Position numbers and translations under genes: made by a program. From Nitrososphaeria archaeon (GTDB taxonomy: Archaea > Thermoproteota > Nitrososphaeria > Geothermarchaeales > JDFR-13): DNA of 64,000 nt. The notes beneath the pieces were generated by a model, which ran no database searches, was not told the origin of the DNA, and saw only the letters and a program-made list of their open reading frames with translations. The stretch spans positions 800,001-864,000 of the forward strand of contig JALWXN010000004.1 of the NCBI GenBank assembly GCA_027078545.1, written 5' to 3'. Shown here one piece after another: positions 1-9,708 of the stretch. Numbering within the stretch: the first letter of the stretch is position 1; every line of letters starts with the position of its first letter.

Positions 1-4
1 ACCC

Positions 5-592
5 ATGAGCTTCAACCTCGGTAATGAGTTGGCATCCCTCCCGATCGACGTCCTGATCGCGAGGCCACTCGACGCAGCGGTGAGGGCCCAGGCATTCGCA
101 GCGGAGACCACTGTACGCTTCGTGAAGGAGGTCGGCCTAGATGATAACGGGAATGTAAGGATGACCACTATGAGGTTTAGCTACACCTATGTTACCGACG
201 AGGGTGAAGAGGAGGAGGTTGAGAGGGAGATATCCGTCCCGTTCCTCACGATGGTCCCAATACCCTTCATCAGGATCAGCGAGGTGGATATTGACCTCAG
301 CTTCAGGATAAGGAATATCGTGGTTGACAGTAAAGAGAAGTCACTATCCGTCTCAGCCGGCGCAGAGGCCAACTGGAAGGTCTTCAAAGTATCGGTTAAC
401 GCATCATACTCCTCAAAGAGGACTACCAAGAGCAAGATAGACAGGAGCGCCGAGGTCGATATAAGGGTGAAGGCTGTCCAGGACGAGATGCCGGAGGGGC
501 TGAGGATACTGCTCAACATACTCAACGAGGGTCTACGTGCACAGGAGGTTGGAGCACCTGCTGGCCAAGGAGGAGGTGGCCAGACAGAGTAG
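5..592 (+). CDS. DUF2589 domain-containing protein
   Basis: LPIDVLIARPLDAAVRAQ N-helix, VPFLTMVPIPFIRISEVDIDLSF core and C-terminal AVQDEMPEGLRILLNIL are typical of DUF2589. Confidence 0.8.
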   Translation: MSFNLGNELASLPIDVLIARPLDAAVRAQAFAAETTVRFVKEVGLDDNGNVRMTTMRFSYTYVTDEGEEEEVEREISVPFLTMVPIPFIRISEVDIDLSFRIRNIVVDSKEKSLSVSAGAEANWKVFKVSVNASYSSKRTTKSKIDRSAEVDIRVKAVQDEMPEGLRILLNILNEGLRAQEVGAPAGQGGGGQTE

Positions 593-604
593 GTGTAGAG
601 AAAA

Positions 605-1072
605 GTGGTCCGGGCAGGTGATATGGCCCAGCTCCTAGCAGGGATACTCAGAGCCGTCGTGGAGGCGGATACACAGGCCCGTGAAGCCTTCCTAGAGGAG
701 CTGGGTAGATACTTCACGGAGACGGAGGAGGGGTTGGAACCGATATACCTGACCCTCAGATACTCCACACAATACGTCGACGACGAGGGACGTCTACAGA
801 GGAGGAGGGAGAAGGTTGAGATCCCCCTACTGACACTGGTCAACCCCTCCCACATAGGTGTTGAGAAGGCGGAGATCGAGCTATACATGGACGTCGTGAC
901 CACTAGGGAGGAGCAGGGGGTCCAGAGGCTCTTCACAGTCTTCAGAGCAGCGACAAAGACCAGGTCTGAGAGTGGGATGAGGATTAGGGTCTTGATGACT
1001 AGGAGCGAGGTAGGCGAGGGCCTGGCCAACGTCATATCCACACTCGTCAATAAGGGGGTTGTTGTTGAGTGA
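605..1072 (+). CDS. DUF2589-like protein (second paralog)
   Basis: EIPLLTLVNPSHIGVEKAEIEL aligns with the core of ORF 5..592; C-terminal EGLANVISTL; GTG start after GGTGT. Confidence 0.7.
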   Translation: MVRAGDMAQLLAGILRAVVEADTQAREAFLEELGRYFTETEEGLEPIYLTLRYSTQYVDDEGRLQRRREKVEIPLLTLVNPSHIGVEKAEIELYMDVVTTREEQGVQRLFTVFRAATKTRSESGMRIRVLMTRSEVGEGLANVISTLVNKGVVVE

Positions 1073-1497
1073 GCGGTCCAAAGATACCTAAGAAGCCGGA
1101 GAAGCCGATCAAGCCCTCAAAACCCTCCAAGGACCTGCCCAAGGAGGTTAAGGAGATTGATATCAGGGATGTAGAGGTCAGCGGTGCCGAGCCTAAGGGC
1201 GCTCCACAGTCTACCCCCGAACGTATAGAGGGTATAGACAAGATTGTCAGGAGCATTGCACAGGCACTCAACACAGCCAGGCTTGAGGCCACGAAGACGG
1301 CTACAAAGAAAGTCATTGAGGTGGGTAAGGAAAGGGTTGAGATACAGTCCTTCCTAGACCTTGAGGAGGCCGAGGTGGAGATAGAGATCGGTGTGGAGCA
1401 GCGTGGAGACGTGCTCATGGCCAAGATGGCACCTATGACGGAGGGGCCTAGGGCGAGGCTACGGATGGTGTTTAGGCTTAGGGAGGAGGAGGTCTAG
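1069..1497 (+). CDS. hypothetical protein, degenerate DUF2589-like, Pro/Lys-rich N-terminus
   Basis: GTGA overlap with the previous stop; helix IDKIVRSIAQALNTA plus strand LDLEEAEVEIEIGV resemble the two upstream ORFs. Confidence 0.6.
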   Translation: MSGPKIPKKPEKPIKPSKPSKDLPKEVKEIDIRDVEVSGAEPKGAPQSTPERIEGIDKIVRSIAQALNTARLEATKTATKKVIEVGKERVEIQSFLDLEEAEVEIEIGVEQRGDVLMAKMAPMTEGPRARLRMVFRLREEEV

Positions 1498-1500
1498 GGG

Positions 1501-3042
1501 CTAGGGCTCCTGGATCCTCACCTCGTCAAAGATTAGGGTGCCGCCCTGGAGCGTAAATATTCCGTATAGCCTACCCCTATAGTTGATGAGGAATGACGGG
1601 TTTACCCTCCCAGCCCAGTTCACACGTACCTGTATAGGCTCACTATCGGGTGATACCCTGTACATCTTGATGCCACCAGATACGACTCCACCAGACTCGG
1701 CCCTCTCTATCCATAGGATGTAGAGCCTGTCGCCGACCTCGTAGAAGCTGTACCCTCCGTAATAGGTGGTTACCGGTATGAAGAGGGCGAGGGCTGAGCC
1801 AGTGCCGCCCCAGCCATTCCTCCTCCAAAGCTCCTCACCATCCCTATAGGCCGCTATAAAGGCTTCAGAGACGTAGTATACACCGTCACGGTAGATGGAG
1901 GTTACGTAGCCTACGCTAGCGTTGTCCTCCGTCCTGGTGTACATCCCCTCTATGCTCCATACCTTGGTTAGAGACGTTAGGTCCCACTTCTCGACCTGGT
2001 AGTCCCTCCTATTAAACAGCTCAGTATTAGTCTCGTTGGCCTCGACGAGGAAGTCGTATGAGTAGTAAACATATAGATCATTCCCATCCAGATATGCCGT
2101 TGCATAGGCCAGCCTAAGAGGTGCTGATACGAGCTTGGTTGGCCAGCCCTCAATCATGAATTCGAATGTGTTTAGATCTATCTCCACATACATGATGTAG
2201 ATGTCTCCCCTCCCCTGCTCGGTAACGCTGGACATCACTATGACCGCCCTAACCATATCCTCGCCACGCTCGACATACGCCAACTTCTTAGGATCATTTG
2301 GCCTGAGGCTGTAGAAGAAGTCGGAAGCATCTTGATAAGCCTCGAAGACTACTGAGCCCGTCTCGAGTCCATATACACGTAGGATGATATTCATCTTCTC
2401 ATAGTCGATGTCTAGGGTGAGGTATTTATCGCCGTAGAAGCCTAGGCCTAGACCCCTGATATCCTCTATGGTGTTACGCATAACGACGCCCCTACCGGGC
2501 TCGACAATATAGTAGTAGAGATCGATCTCTCCAAACTCGATGAAGATGAAGGGGAAGGGTAGTGGAAGTGGGAATGGTATTAAAGCCCTCTCCCTAGCGA
2601 CGCCTCCAAACACGTATCGGTTGGAGTAGACCGAGACGAGCTGACCACTTATGGGGTCGGACTCACCCGAGGGAACCTCGAAGATCTTCTCTACAGAGAG
2701 GATCTCACCACTGGAGAGGGACATTGTTATGATATAGTGATCCTTCCGGAGTAGCTGGGTATTATTTTCATCCATGATGGATTTGACGCCATATATGTAG
2801 AGCCTATCCCCATCGCTGAGGATACTTAGTATAGAAGTCAGGTTGAAGGTGAGGGGGCCCTCCTGAACAGCCTCATCACCAGGCTCTCCCCCCTCCTCCC
2901 CCTGAGCCGGGGCTTCTCCACCGTCTCCACCATCACCGCTGAATATACTCCCTATTATGACCAGCCCAAGGAGGAGTATGATGACAATCAGAATGGCTAC
3001 AACTATCTTTCCCACGCCACCCTCCCGCCCAGTCATTTTCAT
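1501..3042 (-). CDS. membrane-anchored surface protein, probable beta-propeller
   Basis: N-terminal hydrophobic helix, acidic Gly-rich linker, beta-rich body with PQQ-like KVWS and GEELWR motifs. Confidence 0.6.
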   Translation of the reverse strand: MKMTGREGGVGKIVVAILIVIILLLGLVIIGSIFSGDGGDGGEAPAQGEEGGEPGDEAVQEGPLTFNLTSILSILSDGDRLYIYGVKSIMDENNTQLLRKDHYIITMSLSSGEILSVEKIFEVPSGESDPISGQLVSVYSNRYVFGGVARERALIPFPLPLPFPFIFIEFGEIDLYYYIVEPGRGVVMRNTIEDIRGLGLGFYGDKYLTLDIDYEKMNIILRVYGLETGSVVFEAYQDASDFFYSLRPNDPKKLAYVERGEDMVRAVIVMSSVTEQGRGDIYIMYVEIDLNTFEFMIEGWPTKLVSAPLRLAYATAYLDGNDLYVYYSYDFLVEANETNTELFNRRDYQVEKWDLTSLTKVWSIEGMYTRTEDNASVGYVTSIYRDGVYYVSEAFIAAYRDGEELWRRNGWGGTGSALALFIPVTTYYGGYSFYEVGDRLYILWIERAESGGVVSGGIKMYRVSPDSEPIQVRVNWAGRVNPSFLINYRGRLYGIFTLQGGTLIFDEVRIQEP

Positions 3043-3461
3043 CTATACAACCCCTCCATACCACTAATAAATTTTTCGTAATGGTTCTCTAGACCCATGT
3101 ATGGACACGCCTCACCCTCCTGAATAGTTTCACCGATGTATCTCTCCCCCCACATGTATTGTTACAGGGGTTTTGAAGACATTTTTAATGTGTATTGCAC
3201 GTGGCATATCTAGATGTGTGTAAACCCGGTTTACACCGGGCTTAACATGATGTAAATCCATTGCCACGGATACGCCACGGCATGTGTAACCAGCTATATA
3301 CCCTGTGGGCCACTCCACTTATACACCCCGGCCAAACCGTTTTATAGCCGCTGTGGATGATGCGTAGCCTGGATAGTCACAGTGAGACCCATTTTTAAAC
3401 AGTATAGTCGGTATATAATATTGTCCCTCAAACCGGATACTAGTGGGAGCGTGGGGTCTCA

Positions 3462-4064
3462 ATGACGAGTGAGCCCAGGGTCGGAGAGGCCGGCGACGGC
3501 TGCAGATACGTGATCCTAAGGATTGATGGGAGGCCACTCGTCCTACTACATGGATACAGCTTCACCCATGAGGTCTGGGAGGAGATAGGCCTGCTCAAGA
3601 GGCTGGCCGAGGAGGAGATCCCATACCTAGCGCCCGACATGCCCTACGGCGCCAAGACCAGCTGTAGAACCAAGTCTAGGGCGAGGGAGGACAACATAAA
3701 CTTCCTCAGGGGGCTCTATAGGCAGAAGTTTGGTGATAGGGTTCCAATAGTCCTTGGGGCGAGCCTAGGCGGCTACATGGCCCTGCTATATGGTATGATG
3801 TATCCAGTCGCCGGCCTCATACTCGTCGCCCCCGTCTGGAGCACCAGGGGCGACATACTAGGGTATTATAGTGAGAGGGAGATACCCATCCTCCTAATCT
3901 ATGGAGAGAAGGACGACATCGTCTCGATAGACGAGATGTGGGAGTTCAAGGAGATGGTCCCCACCGCTGAGCTCAGGGTATATGAGGATGCTAGGCACCC
4001 CGCCTATCTAGACAAGCCCGAGAGGTTCAACGAGGACGTTGTCGAGTTCTGTAAAAAGGTTTAG
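3462..4064 (+). CDS. alpha/beta hydrolase
   Basis: LLHGYS, nucleophile elbow GASLGG, GEKD, ARHPAYLD. Confidence 0.9.
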   Translation: MTSEPRVGEAGDGCRYVILRIDGRPLVLLHGYSFTHEVWEEIGLLKRLAEEEIPYLAPDMPYGAKTSCRTKSRAREDNINFLRGLYRQKFGDRVPIVLGASLGGYMALLYGMMYPVAGLILVAPVWSTRGDILGYYSEREIPILLIYGEKDDIVSIDEMWEFKEMVPTAELRVYEDARHPAYLDKPERFNEDVVEFCKKV

Positions 4065-5440
4065 GGTTTGAGGTACCCCCTATCCACAAGCTCCCTCAAC
4101 ACCTTCTCCGTCTTCTCAAGGGTGGTCTGGACATCCTCCTCGCTATGGGCTAGGCTTAGGAAGTATGGCTCGCCATCCGGCGGCCCCCTGAGTAGGACGC
4201 CCCCCACCATCAACATGCTCCAGAAGCGTCTATAGCTTGTGAAGTCATAGTTGGTCATGACATCCCTGAAGTCGCGTGGCTGCCTATCCATGAAGTGCAC
4301 CGCCCCAGCGCTCCCTACATAGCTCACCGTCAATGGTAGGCCGAGCCTATCAATGATCTCAGCCAGACCCTCACCCATTATTGATCCTATCCTGTCCAGC
4401 CTGCGGTACGCCTCAGGCGAGAGTATCCTCGTTAGGTTTGCATAGGCGCCGGCCACACCTATGACGTTCCCATTATATGTCCCGGCGAAGGCGTATCTAC
4501 CCTCGGGGTATACAACACCCCTGACCCTACTATTCATGATCACGGCTGAGATCGGAACCCCACCTCCCAACGCCTTTGCAACCACGACGATGTCCGGCCT
4601 CACATTATAGAGTTCAGAGGCGCCTCCATAGGCCACCCTGAAGCCCGTCTTCACCTCGTCGAGTATCCATATAACCCCGTACTCTCTGAGGAGCTTACCC
4701 ACCTTCTCTAGATAGCCCTTCTCAGGGGGGATCAGGCCGACGTTGTTCATCATTATCGGCTCCATAATCATACAGGCAACCTCGTCACCATGCTCCGCCA
4801 AGACGTTCTCCAGGCTCTCCAGGTCGTTGAACCTGACTATGTAGGTGGTCTCCGCCGTCGCCCTCGGTACGCCTGGTGCTAGGACGCTCCTAGGCCTCTC
4901 CGGCGGGCCCCACTCACCCGGCCTGACATACTCACTGGCCTTTACAGCGTCGTAGCCACCGTGGTAGCCACCCTCGATCTTGATCACTCTCTCCCTACCA
5001 GTCGCGATCCTCGCTATCTTTATGGCGTGGGTAACTGCTTCAGTCCCAGTATTACTGATCCTCACAGCATCCATCCATGGATATCTCCTAAGGATCTCCT
5101 TCACCAGCTTTATCTGCAGCTCATAGGGCATCGTAAAGAGTGTCCCGTCCTGGATAACTTCTATGATCCCCTCGATAATGGGTCTCGGGGCATGCCCCGC
5201 TATCAATGCCCCGTAGCCCATGACATAGTCGATATACTCGTTTCCATCGATGTCCCATATCCTGCTACCAACACCCTTCTTGACGAAGAATGGGTATGGT
5301 GGGAACCACCTATAGCTACTATGCACCCCTCCGGGATTGTATCTAGAAGCCTCCCTGTAGGCCTCTGCAGACCTAGGCGTCATGGAGAGATACTTCTTGT
5401 AGATATCCTCGTCGAAGAAGTAGTTTAGGAGGCTCTCCAA
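4061..5440 (-). CDS. class III aminotransferase, glutamate-1-semialdehyde aminomutase-like
   Basis: PGGVHS, GSRIWDIDGNEYID, TGTEA, DEVKTGFR, AKALGGG (PLP Lys), GTYNGN. Confidence 0.85.
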   Translation of the reverse strand: MESLLNYFFDEDIYKKYLSMTPRSAEAYREASRYNPGGVHSSYRWFPPYPFFVKKGVGSRIWDIDGNEYIDYVMGYGALIAGHAPRPIIEGIIEVIQDGTLFTMPYELQIKLVKEILRRYPWMDAVRISNTGTEAVTHAIKIARIATGRERVIKIEGGYHGGYDAVKASEYVRPGEWGPPERPRSVLAPGVPRATAETTYIVRFNDLESLENVLAEHGDEVACMIMEPIMMNNVGLIPPEKGYLEKVGKLLREYGVIWILDEVKTGFRVAYGGASELYNVRPDIVVVAKALGGGVPISAVIMNSRVRGVVYPEGRYAFAGTYNGNVIGVAGAYANLTRILSPEAYRRLDRIGSIMGEGLAEIIDRLGLPLTVSYVGSAGAVHFMDRQPRDFRDVMTNYDFTSYRRFWSMLMVGGVLLRGPPDGEPYFLSLAHSEEDVQTTLEKTEKVLRELVDRGYLKP

Positions 5441-5745
5441 ACGGGATCACCCGCCTACTAATCGAGATTCCATCTGAGATGCGGGTTAATAAGGGGGTAT
5501 ATAGATAGCCCTTTAAACCATGAGTAGAAACACGTACTTATTTTCAACGACAAAACTCAACACGTTTATATATACGTCTCTACACCGGTATCCAAGCCAC
5601 ATATCCATACACGTCAACCGACTAGCCGCCATAGAACCGTTGATACATATATACTTCTTGACACCCCCACGATTTAGGCACAAACCTTAATACATAGCCA
5701 CTGGGGCGAGAGACCTACAAATATGTAGGTGTATTGACCTGATAG

Positions 5746-7707
5746 GTGCCTAACATGTCGTCGGAGGCCCTACCCTTCGAGGAGCGTTACTGGCCCGGCC
5801 TAGGAGCCTACCAGGACTACTACCGGAGGAGCGTCGAGGATATCGAGGAGTTCTGGGCTGAGAGGGCTAGGAGCCTCGTCTGGAGCAGGACATGGGACAG
5901 GGTGTTGAACAGTGATAACCCACCCTTCTACAGGTGGTTCGAGGGTGGGAGGACGAACATCAACCTCAACGCATTGGAGAGGCACGGTTCATATGGTAGG
6001 GGGAGGGTGGCCTACTACTGGATAGGTGAGGACGACACTAGGAAGGTGATCAGCTACGACGACCTAGCAAGATACGTCAACCGGGTGGCCTACCTACTCA
6101 GGGAGGTCCTAGGCATGGGTAAGGGGGACACGATAACCCTATACCTACCAATGATCCCAGAGCTACCCGTCTTCATGCTGGCCGCGGCACGTATAGGGGC
6201 TATACACAGCGTCGTATTCTCAGGCTTCAGCAGCGGAGCCCTCGCAGACAGGATCGTAGATGCAAACTCTAGGATCCTAGTCACGGCAGACGGCTTCCCG
6301 AGGAGGGGTAGGACGATTAACCTGGTAGAGAGGGCGAGGGAGGCCGTAGCCAGGGCGAAGGAGCTGGGGGTGGAGGTTGAGAAGATAGTGATTGTGAGGA
6401 GGCTGGGCCTAGGTCTGGAGCCTGGGAAGAGGGAGGCATGGCTAGACGACCTCCTGAGGGAGGTTCCAGACAAGGTATATGTCAAGCCTATGGAGATGGA
6501 GAGCACCGACGTCTTCTTCATACTCTACACCAGTGGAACCACAGGTAAGCCTAAGGGGATCATGCATGGTGTAGGGGGATACATGACCTATGTCTACAAC
6601 GTATTCAAGTGGAACTGGGACCCGAGGCCAGGCGACGTATACTGGTGCGCAGCCGACATAGGCTGGATAACCGGGCACACCTACATCGTCTACGGCCCAT
6701 TGATGCATGGGATGACCTCGATAATGTATGAGGGCGCCCCGGACTATCCCGACCCAGGGAGGATATGGAGCATAGTAGAGGAGTATGGGGTGACCACGTT
6801 CTACACAAGCCCGACACTACTCAGGCTCCTCAGGAAGTATGGGGACCAGTGGGTAGAGGGGCATGACCTGAGCAGCCTACGCCTACTAGGCACGGTCGGC
6901 GAGCCCATAAACCCAGATGTATGGAAGTGGTACTACGAGAAGATCGGAGGCTCATCAGCAGCGATAGTCGACACCTGGTGGCAGACAGAGACTGGAGCCG
7001 CGATGATAAGCCCCGCACCAGGGATATCACTAGTCCCGCTGAAGCCCGGCAGCGCCACCCTCCCACTCCCAGGCATAGTGGCTGATGTCCTTAGGGACGA
7101 TGGATCTAGAGCCGAGCCTGGCGAGAAGGGCTACCTAGTCATACGTAGACCCTGGCCAGGGATGCTGATGGGTATATGGGGCGACCCCGAGAGGTATGTG
7201 GAGACCTATTGGAGGAGGTTCAGCGACCCCGACAGCGGTGTATGGATCTACTACCCAGCTGACTACGCAGTAGTCGATAGGGACGGCTACTTCTGGGTAC
7301 TCGGTAGGGCCGACGAGGTACTGAAGGTCGCGGGCCACAGGATAGGGACGATAGAGCTCGAGGACGCCATACTCACACATCCAGCCGTGAGCGAGGCCGC
7401 GGTGGTAGGCGCCCCAGACCCGGTGAAGGGTGAGGTCCCACTCGCAGTCGTCACCTTGAAGGAGGGCTATGAGCCCAGTGATGAGCTGGAGAAGGAGATT
7501 AGGGAGAGGGTGCGTAGCCTGGTAGGCCCCATCGCGGAGCCTAAGAAGATAGTCTTCGCCTCAAAGCTCCCCAAGACGAGGAGTGGGAAGATCATGAGGA
7601 GGATAATCATCTCACTGATACAGGGCAGGCCTATAGGCGATACATCGACGCTCGAGGATCCCAGCGCTGTGGAGGAGCTTAGGAAGGTGCTTGGGACGGG
7701 GTCATAG
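5746..7707 (+). CDS. acs: acetate--CoA ligase (AMP-forming acetyl-CoA synthetase)
   Basis: YTSGTTGKPKG, ADIGWITGH, DTWWQTETG, LPKTRSGKIMRR. Confidence 0.95.
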   Translation: MPNMSSEALPFEERYWPGLGAYQDYYRRSVEDIEEFWAERARSLVWSRTWDRVLNSDNPPFYRWFEGGRTNINLNALERHGSYGRGRVAYYWIGEDDTRKVISYDDLARYVNRVAYLLREVLGMGKGDTITLYLPMIPELPVFMLAAARIGAIHSVVFSGFSSGALADRIVDANSRILVTADGFPRRGRTINLVERAREAVARAKELGVEVEKIVIVRRLGLGLEPGKREAWLDDLLREVPDKVYVKPMEMESTDVFFILYTSGTTGKPKGIMHGVGGYMTYVYNVFKWNWDPRPGDVYWCAADIGWITGHTYIVYGPLMHGMTSIMYEGAPDYPDPGRIWSIVEEYGVTTFYTSPTLLRLLRKYGDQWVEGHDLSSLRLLGTVGEPINPDVWKWYYEKIGGSSAAIVDTWWQTETGAAMISPAPGISLVPLKPGSATLPLPGIVADVLRDDGSRAEPGEKGYLVIRRPWPGMLMGIWGDPERYVETYWRRFSDPDSGVWIYYPADYAVVDRDGYFWVLGRADEVLKVAGHRIGTIELEDAILTHPAVSEAAVVGAPDPVKGEVPLAVVTLKEGYEPSDELEKEIRERVRSLVGPIAEPKKIVFASKLPKTRSGKIMRRIIISLIQGRPIGDTSTLEDPSAVEELRKVLGTGS

Positions 7708-8280
7708 GCCCCTCCTCCCCCACTCCTCACTATATATAAGGTCCTCCAACCGATACCTACCTGGGAAGCTGGGCACCTCCTCTGGATAGCCAATAGGTAT
7801 GATCGTCTCCAGCCCCCATCCATCTGGTAGTCCGAAGAATTCTTTGGCCCACCTAGTGTCTGAAGGCGTATATGTAAGGGTAGCCAAACCACGCTCCTCC
7901 GCAGCCAGCAGGAGGTAGCCAATCATTATCCATACACTCTCCTTCCAATGGGGGCTCTTCCTATACCCAGCCACCACAATCAATACGGGGGCATCCGTCA
8001 GGTGTGGCTTCCTCCAGGTAATCCCACGGGAACGGGCGAACTCCAGGAACCATTGGGGAACCCTCTCATAGAACCTCTTCTCAACCTCCTCACAGATCTC
8101 CCTGATCCTCCGCTTCCTCCCAGGATCCCGTACAAGTATGTAGCGCCAAGGCTGCCTATTAGCACCGGAGGGGGAGTAGTGGGCCGCCTCTAGAACATAT
8201 CGGAGATCCTCCTCACTGATAGGATCACTCCTGAAACGCCTTACTGAACGGCGCCTCCTAGCAAGGCCAAGTATATCCAT
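7702..8280 (-). CDS. nitroreductase family protein, iodotyrosine deiodinase-like
   Basis: RRSVRRF, SPSGANRQPW, GLATLTYTP; start placed at MDIL (8280) to avoid overlap with the divergent gene. Confidence 0.85.
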   Translation of the reverse strand: MDILGLARRRRSVRRFRSDPISEEDLRYVLEAAHYSPSGANRQPWRYILVRDPGRKRRIREICEEVEKRFYERVPQWFLEFARSRGITWRKPHLTDAPVLIVVAGYRKSPHWKESVWIMIGYLLLAAEERGLATLTYTPSDTRWAKEFFGLPDGWGLETIIPIGYPEEVPSFPGRYRLEDLIYSEEWGRRGL

Positions 8281-8355
8281 AAGAATATCTAAGTGGCGGG
8301 GAGGCCCTATAAACAGGGGCTCTATAAGCCAGGTAGACATACAGATATATACGGT

Positions 8356-9708
8356 ATGAACACCGGCAGATTCCTCGAGGAGGTAAAGAGTGAGGAGCCA
8401 CGCCTCATAGAGGAGGTAAGGGAGTTTCTTAGGATGCCCAGCATCTCAGCCACTGGCGAGGGGATAGAGGAGACCGCTAGATTCCTGAGAGACTTCATAG
8501 TAGATAGGCTCGGCGGCGAGGCGGAGCTCCGCCGCTACGGTGGCCACCCAGTCGTATATGGCAGGATAGGGAGTGGGGAGAAGGGGATATACTACGGCAT
8601 GTACGACGTCCAGCCGGTTGAGCCGCTGGATGAGTGGATAGCCCCGCCATTCGAGGCCAGGATAATCGATGACAGGATAATCGCAAGGGGAGCATTCAAC
8701 ACGAAGGGAGCATTGATGAGCTCACTCCTAGGGCTGGAGAAATACATAGAGACTTGCGGCGAGCCACCGGGCGAGATCCACTTCATAATAGAGGGGGAGG
8801 AGGAGCTTGGGAGCCCATCCATGCCGAAGGCTGTGGAGGACCTTAGGGATGTGCTCAGCGGGGCGGAGACAGCCCTATTCACAATACCCAGCGAGTTTAG
8901 ACGTGGAGTACCCAGCATAATCCTGGGGAACAAGGGTATAATCTACATAGACCTCTACGTAAAGACGAGTAGATACGACATACACAGCAGCTACAGCAGG
9001 GGCATAATAAACCCAGCGGCAGTACTAGCCAGGATAGCATCGGAGCTGATAGACCCACTAGGAGGCCCAAAGCCCGAGTGGCTATACAAGGGGTTCCGAG
9101 AACCTACAGACGAGGAGCTCGCCACCATAGACGAGATCATGGAGGCACTACCCCCGGAGAGGGTGATAGAGGAGTATGGAGTGGAGAGGATAAGGATAGC
9201 CGATAGGAGGAGGCTAGTGGAGGAGATCTTCTTCCACCCAACAGTGAATATAGACGGGTTCTGCAGCGGATACTGTGGAGAAGGTACAAAGACCATCATC
9301 CCCCACGACGCCAGGATGAAGATAGACTTTAGACTAGTCCCGGAGATGAGGCCGGAGGAGATCGTGGAGGCCTTCAAAGAGATGATTAGGAACCTAGGCC
9401 TCGAGGAACTAGTCGAGATAGATGTCAGGGATATGTATCCATGGAGCCAGACACCCCTAGACTCACCATCCACCAAGGCGGCGGAGGAGGTCTATAGGGA
9501 GATGGGCCTAACACCCAAGAGGGTACTCAGGCTGCCCGGCTCAGCCCCGATGTACCTATTCACACAGGTCCTCGGTGTAGACATAGTCTCGACCGGCCCT
9601 GGGAACGGTGGGAGGGCCCACGCACCCAACGAGTACATAACCCTAGACACGGTCTGGAAGACAGCCTTCTACACACCTACCTACTTCCACAGGGTGCTCA
9701 GGGCATAA
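8356..9708 (+). CDS. M20/M25/M40 family metallo-hydrolase (ArgE/DapE-like)
   Basis: YDVQP, EGEEELGS, DIHS, AHAPNE; start placed at MNTG. Confidence 0.85.
   Translation: MNTGRFLEEVKSEEPRLIEEVREFLRMPSISATGEGIEETARFLRDFIVDRLGGEAELRRYGGHPVVYGRIGSGEKGIYYGMYDVQPVEPLDEWIAPPFEARIIDDRIIARGAFNTKGALMSSLLGLEKYIETCGEPPGEIHFIIEGEEELGSPSMPKAVEDLRDVLSGAETALFTIPSEFRRGVPSIILGNKGIIYIDLYVKTSRYDIHSSYSRGIINPAAVLARIASELIDPLGGPKPEWLYKGFREPTDEELATIDEIMEALPPERVIEEYGVERIRIADRRRLVEEIFFHPTVNIDGFCSGYCGEGTKTIIPHDARMKIDFRLVPEMRPEEIVEAFKEMIRNLGLEELVEIDVRDMYPWSQTPLDSPSTKAAEEVYREMGLTPKRVLRLPGSAPMYLFTQVLGVDIVSTGPGNGGRAHAPNEYITLDTVWKTAFYTPTYFHRVLRA

Noticed and set aside
1015-1072. GLANVISTLVNKGVVVE resembles the gas vesicle GvpA N-terminal motif
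   Set aside because: It is a short match at the C-terminus, better explained by the DUF2589 'EGL' helix, and no gvp genes are present
187-1424. Long antisense ORFs here and throughout the window (e.g. 9827..10357, 45139..45645)
   Set aside because: They are Ser/Leu/Pro-rich shadows of real genes caused by codon bias, with no motifs
3130-3537. Short ORFs 3130..3318 and 3319..3537
   Set aside because: Atypical composition, no clear RBS and no recognisable domain
4061-5440. Assigning the gene symbol hemL
   Set aside because: The motif deviates (YHGGYD) and no tetrapyrrole genes are nearby; it may be another class III transaminase
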